From positions 37,521 to 101,520 of the forward strand of contig MNCI01002917.1 of assembly GCA_015680685.1 (NCBI GenBank): DNA of 64,000 nt. Direction: 5' to 3'. Made by a program: the position numbers and the translations under genes. This DNA comes from Gnetum montanum (lineage: Eukaryota; Plantae; Gnetophyta). This document shows positions 27,535-40,100 of this stretch, one piece after another (position 1 is the stretch's first letter; every line of letters starts with the position of its first letter). The notes below the pieces were generated by a model. That model was not told the DNA's origin and searched no databases. It saw only the letters and a program-made list of their open reading frames with translations.

Positions 27535-29150
27535 ATCAAAAACATCGATGGCTGAAATGATCATGCCAAGGGATCTACAGCTGTAGTACAACCGTAACCT
27601 CTCCCCTATCCAAAGGGTCATTACTGGAAGGGAAAAATGGAGGTGGAGTATCTAAGATGATCTTGTCAATTGAACTAGGACTTACAGAGTGTTTCAAAAA
27701 ATAAGTGCTAGGGGTTCACACAATGTTTTCAATGTTACCAAAGTCGACTAAGCCCAAGCGCAGTAAGGTTTTCCAATGCGAAAATGATGATGCAGGCATG
27801 CAAATATGTGCAAAATAGTAAAAAAAAATGTGAGTGCAATGCTAAATTCCAAAGAAAATACTTGAAAATACAAAGAAGTTTGAGAGAGGAAGAATGGCAC
27901 TACCAAAAATGGGGGAGCATAGCAATTGCAAAAGAGAGGTTAGGAGATACATGACATATAGATGAGTGTAGTAGGCTATGTAGTCATAGTCTTTAGGGTG
28001 TCCAGGCTATGGAAACTAACATCTACCATGAGGTTTATGCCCACTAGGTTAGCTACCATGGTTGCTCCTGTGGGCTACGGTTTTCTGTGGTGTGCAAAGT
28101 TGTTTAAAAGTTTTGCCAAGATGCTAAGGATGGTCAGGTGCAAGAGTGATGATGCTAAGATGCCAATTGCTAAATGAAAATGCCAACCCCTAAAATGTAA
28201 AACACAAGGATATTTATAGGGTTAATATTGACATAAAGTATAGATTGGGCATCATGTGGCAAAGAGGGTAGTTGAGGCTACGCTAACCCAACTACGCTCC
28301 AACAAGAGCAATTGATGCTACACTCTAGTGTGCTCCAATGGACCCCAAGAGACTACCAGACTATGACTACACTACCAAAACTACATGTACTAGAGCTAAA
28401 AGGACTACAATGTACCTATAAATAGTTCAAAATAGTCTAATTTGGAGGCTAAGCTCTAGGACTATGCTCTCCCATATTTCAAGTGGAGTTGAGCATAGGT
28501 ACAATTTTGGGACAAATGGGGGATACAAAAGAGATGCAAGTCACTAATCTCGCTTGCCAGAGGAGTGTCATAGCTAAGATGGACACCAATTCTAAACCCT
28601 AAAAGCATTTTGAGGCTATCCTACTTTGCTACGCTAGCTATGCTCTAGAGCGTAGCCCAACAATTAGGAAAATTTTGCAAAAATTGAAGTCCAATGGTAT
28701 CTATGCTCTAGAGCATAGTAGAGGAAAGTGAGAGTATAACATTGACACTTAAAAAAATTGCTAAAACTTGCAACCTTCATCCAAGCTATGTTGGCTATGC
28801 TTTGGAGCATAGCAGGAGGGGTAACCTCAAGAATTAGAAAATCTGCCAAAATGCTTCTTCCATGTTGAGCTAGCTTGATAACTTCTAGCTTGACACTTAG
28901 GTAAATAAGCCATTAAAGTGAATGATATGTTGGCTATGCTCTAGAGCATAATAGGAAGAATGGGAGCATAGCACAACACTTGGAAAAATTTTGCAACTAC
29001 TATTGACACTTAGAAAATTTTGTGAATCTAGTTCTATGCTGCATGCTACACTAACTACACTCCAGTGCATAATCTTAGCAATGGGAGCATGGGCTAAACA
29101 CTTAGAAAAAATTTGCCTCATGTTAACACCTAAACAAATTTTCCATTGAG
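27535..29150 (-). repeat. 3' LTR of Tat/Ogre copy 2 (truncated on the left)
   Basis: 27535-28919 aligns collinearly with 45710-47090; minus-strand TATA ctataaata at ~28212-28220; GCTA(T/C)GCTCTAGAGC(A/G)TAGC palindromes continue to ~29070. Confidence 0.85.
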
Positions 29151-30072
29151 GTGCTATCACCCAAATTTGGTGGTGTTTATTTAGCCCCTCTTTCTTCACA
29201 TTTAGAGAAGTGGCTCAAGGGACATCAACAAAGAATCTAAAACACCACAACATGCATGGCACCAACATGACTCATTAGTACTTGATCAGATGATGCTTCA
29301 CTAGTCTCAAGAGTGCTAAGGGTAATGGATGTAAGGAATTGGCTTAGGATAGTAAGGGAGGAATGAGATGAAAATAATGTATCATGCAGCAAGATGTGGA
29401 GTCAACATGGTTAATGATGATTATGGCACTAGAGTGTCTTATTGCCAAATGATGGCCTCTTGTTAGAATGCTTGTGAGAGAGTCATCACCCATGGCACTG
29501 GAATGGCTTACCCCTAACATGTTGGCCTCTCCTCAGAGTATTTATGAGAAGGTTTATGTGAATTCAAGGTTGGACTAGTTGCAAAATTGCAACTTTGCTA
29601 AATTCTACTTGGGAACATGTTTTACCTTCCTTTGCTCTTTTTTTTTTGGATTTTATGCTTTTTTTCTTTGCAAAATGCTAACTACAAGATGCTTATCATT
29701 GAGTGGACTACATGCCACTCGATAGGTTTTTCTTAGAGTCAACCATGTCACCTCTATAGAATAGGTATTTCCTCCCTAAGATGAGTTGCATTATATTCAC
29801 TTGGGCTTTGATTAACCCATAGAGGCTTCCCATTGGATGAGTTACATTACATCCATCATAGGTTCTATGGTTGATTGAAAGAAGGGTGTCATGTGCATCA
29901 GAGAAGCTTGTAGGGAAGGTGGAAAAATGTAAGGTAAAGGAGTAAATGCAAGTAGGTCATAGTAGGGTAATAGGGATGTGAACTCTCAAGTGGCTTGGCA
30001 AGTCCAACTAGGCACATCAAAGTAATGTGGTGACTTGCTGCTATAATGAAACGTGTCCTTGAATGACCACCT

Positions 30073-30696
30073 CTAGGGGCTTCGTCCTACATACACAATG
30101 TAGAGAAAATAAGAAAACAACCACACAAAATTAGATAAGAGAAAACTACTAGTTGTGAAGGCACTGCAAGTGCCATGAGTGCTAGGCTGGTTGCAAGAGC
30201 TTGCAGTGTCAAAGTAGGAAGGCCATTGTAGGTGTCGAAGCCAGAAAGCTACAAAAGCTCCAATAGCCACACTGGAAATAAGCACCCCAAGGAGGCCAAA
30301 AAGGCAACCAAGGATGATGACAATGTAGGTGCTCATGACTCCACACCAAGGATAGGATGTTGGAAATCTAGTAGAATGGTAGAGAGCCAGGATGTTGAAC
30401 GTGCTTCCAACCTTGAGCAATGGTGAGGGCCAGAGGATGGTAGTAAGGTGGTTGAGCCATAGTACTACTAGGACTCCAACGAGTGGTGTTGACGATGAGA
30501 GCTCCAACCAATAATGAAATATCCAAGGCTAGTAATGCTATCAGCATGGCCTAGGGATGCTACTACTGGCGATGGTGGCGGTAGCTCTAGAAGGTCAACA
30601 AAATGCCCAAGAGCATTTCCAGAGGATCAGCAAAATGCTAAGGGTGGTAATGCTACAAATGTTCTAGAAGCTCTTTCTTGATGACATGAACTCCAT
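30073..30696 (-). pseudogene. Sense-strand hydrophobic extra ORF downstream of integrase (putative membrane protein)
   Basis: ATG at 30696 is in frame with ORF 30073-30507; hydrophobic runs LVGVLVVLWL and YIVIILGCLFGLLGVLISSVAIGAFVAFW; several stops in the 5' part. Confidence 0.35.
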
Positions 30697-30819
30697 TTTG
30701 GAACTACAACAGCCTACCCTACCCTACCCATGAGGTGTGGGTAGGTGATAGAGGATCAAAAGTATTTGCACTCACTTGTGCACAGAACTGTGCATGTTGA
30801 GTTGTGTATGTTGAACTGT

Positions 30820-31285
30820 GAACCTAGTTTAATGTCCTAGTAGACTACATGATGTGCTAGTTTTAAGGTCCTAGAAAATTGTGAACTTAGTTTAAGGTCC
30901 TATAGATCATGATGTGCTTGTTTATAGTCCTAGCAAACTGTTGTGTGCTAGTTTAACATCGTAGTGGATAGTGAATGTTATAAAAATTTAAAGTGATAAT
31001 GCAAGGACAAGTTATACCAATTTATAGTCATAGCGAACTATGCTATGGATGCTAGTTTTTATCATCATGGCCCAAGGATGAGTTGTGTCAGTTTATAGTC
31101 ATAGAAAACTATGCTATCAGTGCCAATTTTTAGTGTCATGGCCCAAGGACGAGCTGTGCCAATTTATAATCATAGCGAGCTTTTTGTGTCAGTTTATTAT
31201 TATGGTGGACTTGTGTGTTGTGGATGCTAATTTAATGTCATAGCCCAAGGATGCTCTATGCCAGTTTAATGTCATAGCAAATGCT
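30820..31285. repeat. 3' UTR tandem array of ~30-40 bp units with (G/C)(C/T)AGTTTA core
   Basis: About 13 units such as gctagttttaaggtcctag, ccaatttatagtcatagcgaact, gtcagtttatagtcatagaaaact, gccagtttaatgtcatagc; ggcccaagga(t/c)gag recurs in alternate units. Confidence 0.88.
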
Positions 31286-31322
31286 CTCTTACCCTACTTT
31301 TTTGTTGATGTAGTGTTGTGTA

Positions 31323-34300
31323 CTAGGTGTAGTAAGGCTTCAGGTATGAATGATTGATTGGATTGGAAAAATCATTGCTATCTAGATCAACAAGCTTGAA
31401 TGCTTCATTTTCATAAGCCTCAATGACCAAGAAGGAATCTTCCCAATTAGCTAAGAATTTATCCATAGGTTCATAGATGTCTTTGAGGACTAAATTTCCT
31501 ATCCTAATTAGGTATTGATACTGATTGTGGTGGTGCTTTCGTTGTTGCTTTTCATAGTACCATTCAATATAGTCAAGTCTCTGCAAGCACTCCTCCTTTA
31601 TAGAGTCAAGGTCAATGGTTCTCAACTCATTATTCTAAGCCTCATTAATGAAGCTCAAGAGCATCACATGGAGTGATGGGACCTACAATTCAAGAGGAAA
31701 AATTACTTCAAACCCATATACAAGGCTATATGATTTCTTACCTATTTTTGTTCTATGTGTTATGTAATAGGCCCATAGTGCATAGACTAGTTATTCATGC
31801 CATTATCATTTGTTGATGCTAAACATCTTCTTTAAAAGGTTGATGATGATCTTATTTATAGCCTGCACTTGGCCATTCTCTTGTAGGTGGTATGGAAATG
31901 AAAAGGAATGCTTAATGCCAAGGTGTTCGTAGAAGGCTTTGGTTTTTGCACTACTAAACTATGGTCCATTATCTGTAACTATAATCATGGGTAGACCAAA
32001 TCAGGTCACTATGTTATCAAGGATGAATTTGCAAACCTAATGTGATGTTATCCTCTTAAAATAAATAGCTTCAACCCACTTGGTAAAGTATTCAATTGTG
32101 GTCATGATGAAGCTATGTCCTATGAAAGACTTAGGCATGATAGGTCCTATGATATCCAACTTCCAACATTGGAATAGCCATGTGATCTATGTGGTGTATA
32201 GTTCAGTGAGTGGCACATGCATTAAGTTGCTATGACATTGACACACGTCACACATCTTGACCTTGGAAATACAATTTCACTCCATGTAAGGCCAATAGTA
32301 GCCTAAGTGTCTAATTTTTGACATCATTGCCCTCAGTGCTATGTGACCTCTACACAATCCTTTCTGGACTTGATCAATGATCATTTGCAGTTCGTTGTCA
32401 CTAATGCAGGTTAGCAATATTCCATCATAGGATTTGCAACGTAGTGTGTTATCACCTCTGAGGACATATTTTTGTGATCATTTTTGCACTACATCATTTT
32501 GGGTCATGGTTAGATGTTGCAAAGGCTCACCCTATTGAAGGTATGCCTTAATGTCATCATACCATTCTTGTGCATGAGTCATGCTTGTTATGGCTATAGA
32601 TGTAATGTTAGTTGTTTTTGTGATAGGCTCAATGCATTCTACTACTAAGGTGGGCAAGGCATAAAACATGTTAGGTGCAATGCTTAGGGCTAACATAGCT
32701 AATACATCGGCAATGGCATTCTCATTGTAGGGAATGTGTTGGATATTTGTAGTTGCAAATTGCTTGAGAAAATCTTTTGCCAAGTCACAATAAGGTTGTA
32801 AATTTTATGCTTTGCAAGCATAGACCTCTGTGTCCTGGTTAATGACTAACTACGAATCACCTCAAATCACTATGTTTTGGATTCCTAGGTTATGGACTAC
32901 GAAAAATGCCTCTAAGGAGACCTTCGTACTCCACTAAGTTGTTGGTGCAAGGAAATGCAAAGTGATAAGCAAAGGGTTGGATCTCCTAAGAGGGAAATGT
33001 GATTATAATAGTAGCACTACCCCCTTTAGAGGTTGAAGCATCATCAAAGTGTAGGACTACCTTAAGGTTAGCAAGCACTTGGCTATATTACTAACATGCT
33101 CATCTATGAATTCCAAATCTATTGTTGCTTGATCATTTATTAGCAAAGCCATTAGTTATGTAGCTATTACTTAACCTTTAGCTAATTCTTGTACTATGTA
33201 GTGTAGGTCAAACTCCATGGTTATTACTTTTCACCATGTAATTTGACTACTTTTGTAAATATTTTTAGTGATTTCCTAGAGTACATTGCTTTTGCAAATG
33301 ATATTTACCTTACTGCAAAAAAGATAGTGCCTTCACTTCTTAAGTGTGAAGGCTAAGGCAAGGTAGTTCTTTTTCACATCATTGTATTTTGCCTCGTGGG
33401 CCACTAACACATGTCTTAGGTAGTATACAAGAACCTTTAAGCCATAATTTTGCTTTTAGCAAAGTAGAGAAATGATGGATGCATTAGAGGTTGTAAGGTA
33501 GATGTTGAATGGTTTGTCTTCTTGCAAAGGGTAGACTATAGAAAGTTGATCCAACTACTATTTGAGGTTGTCAAATGCCTCTTAGCATTGGGCCATCCAC
33601 TCAAAGTGGACTCCCTTTTTGAGTAGATGTTGCATTGGGTACAACTTATCAGTCAACCATGCGATAAACCTACAAATGAATACAGTCTACCTTGTAACCC
33701 ACATAGCTCCTTAAGGTTAGCTAACAATGCTAAGTTGGTGATGGCCTTAACCTTATTGGGGTCTATGCATATGCCTACTTCTGATATGATGAAACCTATC
33801 ATGTGACCTACCTTGACATTGAGGACGCACTTCTTAGGATTTAATCTAAGGTCATGTCTTAGACAATGCTTGAGTACATAGTCTAAGTCATCTACATGGT
33901 TATGTACCACCTTGGACTTAACTACTATATATCATCAATGTAGTCATTGAGAAAATCTAGCAAATAATCACTAAAAATATATGTCATAGCATGTTGATAG
34001 GTAGCTCCTACATTCTTTATTCTAAAAGGCTTCATTGTATAGAAAAGCATACCCCAAGTGTTCATGAAGGTAGTACTCTGCTAGTGCTCTAGATTGATCC
34101 AAATCTGATTGTAACTAGAGAACGTGTCTATGAAGGATAACAAGACATGACTAGCCATAGTATCAACCAATTGATTAGTACTAGGCAATAGGAAATCATT
34201 TTTAATGGTCACCTTGTTCAAGTCTCATAAGTCTAAGCAAATGTATATGCTTTTTTTTTCTTGGGTACAACCATGATGTTCGAGACCCAATCCATGTAGT

Positions 34301-34860
34301 CAATGGCTTGAATGAAACTAGCTTTGTAAAGCTTAGTGATTTCGTCATCGACTCCCAATGCCACCTTAGGCTTGACCTTGTGAGCTTTCTGCTTAATTGG
34401 TTTTATGGGAAGACTGAGGATTATATTGTGCTACACTATGTGAGGATCTAGGCCTGACATGTCTTCGTAGGACCATGCAAATGCCTTGATGTTATCTTTG
34501 AGTACCTTGGTGATGTTCTGGGTGTGTTGATGCTCTAACAAGGAACTAAGTTTCAATGTCTTCACCTCACCACTAAGTGTTGTTACAAGGACTTCAATGA
34601 GGGGATCCTCAATGAAGTAACCTACCTATAGATCTAGAGCTTTGACTAGATGGTCTAGCCAATCTAGTGGTGCCTCTACAGATGTTATATGTTTGTCATA
34701 GGCCATAGGCATAAGGTCTAGGAATTTGGTATCAATGTATCACATGAGATCACCATGAGGCCCAATAAGAACTAAAGGTGAATGAAGATGCCTATACGTG
34801 CTCATGTTGTAATCCTACAAAGGATCCTACAAAACAACCAGAAAGAACATCAAGCTACAC
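31323..34860 (-). pseudogene. pol: Tat/Ogre pol: RT, RNase H, aRH, integrase (decayed), copy 2
   Basis: AFAWSYEDMSGLDP, WVSNIMVVPK, LRLNPKKC, CTNN aRH motif, HIPYNENAIADVLA, EYFTKWVEAI, DNGP*F, KFLANWEDSF...NHSYLKPYY. Confidence 0.92.
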
Positions 34861-37193
34861 CTATCTCAAGTAGAGTTAAAATGCATACCATGATCATGGT
34901 AGATCATGGTTTTCCAATTTAAGGTTAGAGTGGTCCATGGTTTGCTAGTTTAAGGTCATAGTGGACCATGGTTTGTGCAAACTATGTTGGTTTAAGTAAA
35001 GTTTAGAGTGCTTGGAACATGGAGTCAAGCTAGGCATTCATTGGGCAATTAGAAAAATTCAAAAAAATTTCTATGTCTAGTGACTACCAAAAAAAGTTCA
35101 AAAATTTTCTAAATCTGGCTACTATACTCATCCCTTGTTATGCTTGGTCCCTTACTACACTCAGGAAAAACTTAGAAAATTTTCCTAAGTGTGGGACATT
35201 GTCTTGGTAGGTAGCACATTTAATTAACCCATGAGGATATATATGCACATTTCACCAAGGTCAAACTATCATTTTTCAAAGTGAAAATGAGAAGTTACAA
35301 AGAGTAGCATAGTTGGAGCAAGGAGTGGAAGCTAGAGCATAGCAATTAGAACATGACATCTAGAGTGTGATAGCTAGATCATGATACCTAGCATGACATG
35401 CCGAAGTAAATGTTAGCACCATGAACTCATCAATGTGAATGAGGGAGAGTAAGCACTGTGACATTTTCCCCATGCACATGTGGAGAAATGGAGAGAGCCA
35501 CCATCTGCCAAGTATCCTATTACATACTACCCTTTCTTATCATTTTTTACCTTTTCTTTTTTGTTTCTTGTATTAGGGTTTCAGGCTATAGATGTTGGTG
35601 GTGCCCTACCATGGTAGGGGCCACCACCGTGACAATTGTTGTAGCCACTACAGCCAGGGAGGGCATGCATGTGTGTGGGAAGAGGATTTTATTAAATATG
35701 ATGGTTTCACGTTCACATGGGAATTTGAGAGGTAATGTGTGATTTTTTTTCTACAAAACTTTTTTGGAGGGAAGGGGTAAAGTGATTTGGCCATGATGGC
35801 CAAGGACAACCAACTACATGCATAGGGTTTCCTAAAAAACCTCTTTTTTTCATGTTTTTAACATCTAGCAGTGTGTTGGTTAGGATTTTTGGCTTAGTGA
35901 GAATGTCCAAGAGCTACCACCCATGGGGTTAAGGGCACAATAGAGGGTTTCTACCATTTTTTGTTATTTATTTGTGGATAATTTTGTGTGTGTGTGCGTG
36001 TGCAAGGTAGGGATGCAAGCACTGGTGATAGCCATGAGTGGCCCATCATAGGGTAGGGTTATGGTAGGGAACTACCATTTTTTCTATCTTAAATTTTTTT
36101 TAACAATTTAAGCACAAGGTAGGGGTAGGGATGAGGGCATCGGCAATGGCTAAAATGGCACACTGTGGGATAGGAGCATGATAGGGGTTTACCTCACAAA
36201 GGATTTTCTTCCCCATCTTTTCTTTATTTTTTCAACTTATTGACAACTATCATAGTTGTATGGCCACCATGGCTAGTGGGAGGTGCAGCACCAAGGGTGC
36301 ATTTTGGAAGCATTAGTGCTAGGACAAGGCAAGAGGTGTGGTAGGTAGCAACACTATTGGCATGGGTGGGGTGGTCCAACCACAAGGGCTGCACCCATGG
36401 CTAGCACTTGATACATGGTGTTGGGGCACAATGGGACTGGGTGGCACCATGAAAGGGACATGGTGCCTAGGGAAAGGATGCAACATAGTGGTGGAAGCGA
36501 TAGTTTTTTTTATTTTTTAAGAATTTTTTGTGGGTGTGTTGGGGCTACGCTTCCAACCATTAGAATTTTTTCTTGATTTTTCATGTTTTGAAAAATTTGA
36601 TGATTTTGGAGGGCTATGCTCCTTGGGGAGCATGGCTGACAATTAGAATTTTTTTTCATTTACCTGGATTACACTCCTAAGAAGGGATAACCCAGAGTTA
36701 GAATTTTTTTTGTGGACACCCTAGGTTACGCTACCCAGAGTTAAAAAATTTGAAAATATGCTATGTATAAAAAGTGCTAAATGTGAAAATAAATGTCGAA
36801 TGAAAGAATGCTAAATGTGAGAATGCAAAGTGCTAGAATTCCACATGTGAAATGAAATGCAAAGTGTACCAAAGCTCTTCCAAAATGCCAAACTTGCAAA
36901 CCGAATGTGTCAAATTGCTATAGTATGCAAACTAAGACAATGCACAACATTCAAATGTAAAGCAAAATGCTAATGCTATGTTAGTGTTATACCCCAATGA
37001 GCACCAGGTGTGTTAAATGTGTGTATTGATGTCCTATGCCCACATGACCTATAGGGGACCCTAATGATATATATTTTTGCTAGGTTACGCTACTCTATAT
37101 TAACTTTGCTAATTTTGCTATGTGTAATGTAATGTGTTTTGTCCATGAAATGTATATTAACACCTTTTCTTTTTGTTGCTTTTGCATTTGTAG

Positions 37194-40100
37194 GGTATTG
37201 TTGAAGACAATCCTCATCATGGTGGAGCTCGTTGGCATCATCTACTATATGAGCAAGCCCATTCCAAACATGCTTGCCCAAGACACGTAGTTGGGTCACC
37301 AAGTGATATGGTTTTAGCCAAGAGCATGCAAGTTCCTACAATTCCTACTTCAACACTTCAGTGTGATGACATGGTCACACTTGGTAATGGAAATTTCTAG
37401 TGTCATCATAGAGACATTACTGCCTAGGGCAAACCAAAAAATTCTAAGGTTTATGTCCAATGAGCCCACTACCGATGATGGCAAAGTAGGAGGCTTAGGC
37501 TGAGGACCTAGGGACATTAGGCCTTTTTCCAGGATCTGGTAGATGCCAAAGTTCAATTATTATAGCAAGAGTGACACTCTCTTTGTTGCTTGGCACATGC
37601 ATACCTTATATAAGAACCCACCAGAGACTGTGTATTATGCTAGAGGATAAGTGTTCTCATGATTTTTGCATTATTCGTTGGCTATTGGCTCATACTAAGG
37701 TGCTAACTACTCATGTTTGTTACTAGGTTTAGTGTTGGCAAGCATGACCTACATGATGAGGAGGGGGCCCTAAACCTAACCCACACTACCTTGCAAGAAT
37801 TTTTAACCTACAAGAGCATTCATGTGGGGGTGATCAAGCAAATTGGATTCAACTTGGCAAGGTACCCTCATCAGTATTTAAAAGCCTACAAGAGGTGTTG
37901 GATCTATGGCTAGTTAGATGTGAAGTCGATAGCTAGTGTACCTAGTGTCAAGGAGGCATCGGTTCCGCCACCACCATTGCACACACCTTTTGTCTTGCAT
38001 AAGCAATTTATCAATTTTCTCTTGTGCATATTTTACCTTACCTTTTTGCATGATGCTAACATTATTTTCTTTGCCTATATTGCAACTGCAATCACTTTGA
38101 GAGAGGTCATAATGGTTGCTACAGGCTACACTAAGGCTAGCCTCATCATGAAGTATGATGATGTTGAGGATGCGTAGCATTGGTTCTACCACCAGGCCCC
38201 AACAGAGTTGACTAGTAAGCTTACACTAGCTAGGCAAATGGACCTTTTCTTGGCCCTTAGCCTAGGAATTTTGGTGGCTAAAATGGTTACTATTATTAAT
38301 TCCTTCAGTGACAACGCTCATCACTTTGTCATGTGGGTACATGGTATGACTGATGACTTCTTTGTTAACCTCTTTGGCCACTCCTTTGATGGCCCATTAG
38401 TCATTGATAAGACCAACAAAGAGGTGGACCACCAAGGTGATCTCAAAGAATGGCTAGGAACTTCCCGATCTTACACAAGGCATACTCATTAAGGATGTGA
38501 AGGTGTTTGTGGTCTGTGAGCTTTACCCTCTCTTTTATACCCATGCATTTCCAAAGCTACTCTTCCAAGGAAAAATCCTTAGGATGGAGTAGGCCCAAGT
38601 GATGAGGGACATGCTAGAGGAGGGCACAAGGTATAACTGGGCCTCTCACCTTACAAGTGGCCTACATGACAAGATTGTGAAGTTGTGCCACAACCTCTAG
38701 GCAAGGTTTCATGTGCACTTCACATTCCTCATAGGATGTCTACAAAGATTTGCAGAGTTTTTGGTGGTTCGTGAGGATAGAAAATGGGTGGTGCAAGATT
38801 ACGCATAGCTCTCAAAGCTATGGGTCAAGCACCTATTTGCTACCACATGAGCATAGGAGCCCCCAAAGGCAATTGGTGAGTCATTTTCCATAATGACTAA
38901 AGGTCCCTTAGGAAGATCTCAGTACTCACATGATAGTGTAGGTGAGCTTCCACTAGCTAGTACTAAGAACATAGCTAGTCAGAGCATTACATCATTGTGA
39001 CAATGGAACCATCTAAGACAAAGATTAAGAGGCCATGTCCCACAGAAGAGTCTACACAGGAGGTCAAAAGATGAATATCAAGAAGATCCGCTTGAATTTT
39101 TACAACTTGCACATGGATGTTACATGTTAATACAAGCTATTGGATGCATTTTTGCATTTTATGTGTTTCTATTTTTATTTCTTTTATGCTATGTTAAGCT
39201 ATATTATGCTAAGTTGTTATGCTAAGTGTTAGAATGCTAATCTTGACATGTGGGTGATTTGTTGGAATTAGGTGAGAGAGCTGCTAGGGCAGTGATAGAG
39301 GTAGTAGTAGAGGAGGTCCCTCCTCAAATTGAGGAGGGACAAGAATAGGAGGGGGAGCTATGAAAGGCTATAGAATTCCTTCAATAGTTATAGGAGGAGG
39401 GACTGCTTGACCCTAATGGGGGTGATTTTAACAACCTCTTTGATGGTGTGCAACTAGGTGATCCCCTCACTCTCACACCTGAGGTCTTGCTAGGTATTTG
39501 CTTTGAGTTGCCATCTATCATTACTCCTACTCTTGCATCATTGGCTATTTGATTATTGTTAAATGTGTTATTGCATTGCAACTATAGAGGTACCTACCAA
39601 TAGTCCATCATCCACCTCTACCTACTGTATGGAGCCATGGGTAGAGGCACCTAACAAGTTCACATTCATGGAAGGTCTAGTTGAGGACATGGTGGACTAC
39701 CTAAAACAAGTATATCCCAAGCTTGGTATACTCATGATGTTGCTTTGCTTGTCTTGCTTTACCAATTTGACACTTAGACTATAGCTAACGCTATTTTTCT
39801 TATTGTATGCCAATAGGTTCTAAGCTTCACTGGGATCCAAGTAGGGTGGCCAAGGTGGATGTTGTTCCCTAGTTTTCCCCTAAGGTGGAGCAAGTGCCCC
39901 ACCATGTGTATGAGGTAGCAAGTAAGTGTGTGCTTTTCTATGCAAAAGCATTATAGATTTGTAGGTACACTAACAAGTACCAATGGAAGTAGGTGCACGA
40001 GCTCCAAGAAAAGGCAATGAGCCAAGACACCAAAATGAAGGACTTATAGTCTCATTATGATTTCCTTGTGGCTTGCACATGAGGGGATAGTACTTGGCGA

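Larger units (their letters stand above)
17870..27535 (-). mobile_element. Tat/Ogre-like Ty3/gypsy element, copy 1 (pol plus PR-RT spacer; gag-pro not adjacent)
   Basis: RT-RH-aRH-INT order on the minus strand, homologous to 31323-34860. Upstream non-coding spacer contains a repeat array. Confidence 0.85.

Noticed and set aside
30820-31285. Hammerhead ribozyme / retrozyme repeats
   Set aside because: No CUGANGA...GAAA core found on either strand of the units.
36988-37015. PBS-like ccccaatgagcacca suggesting a nested LTR element in the spacer
   Set aside because: No convincing tRNA complement, no LTR pair and no TSD.
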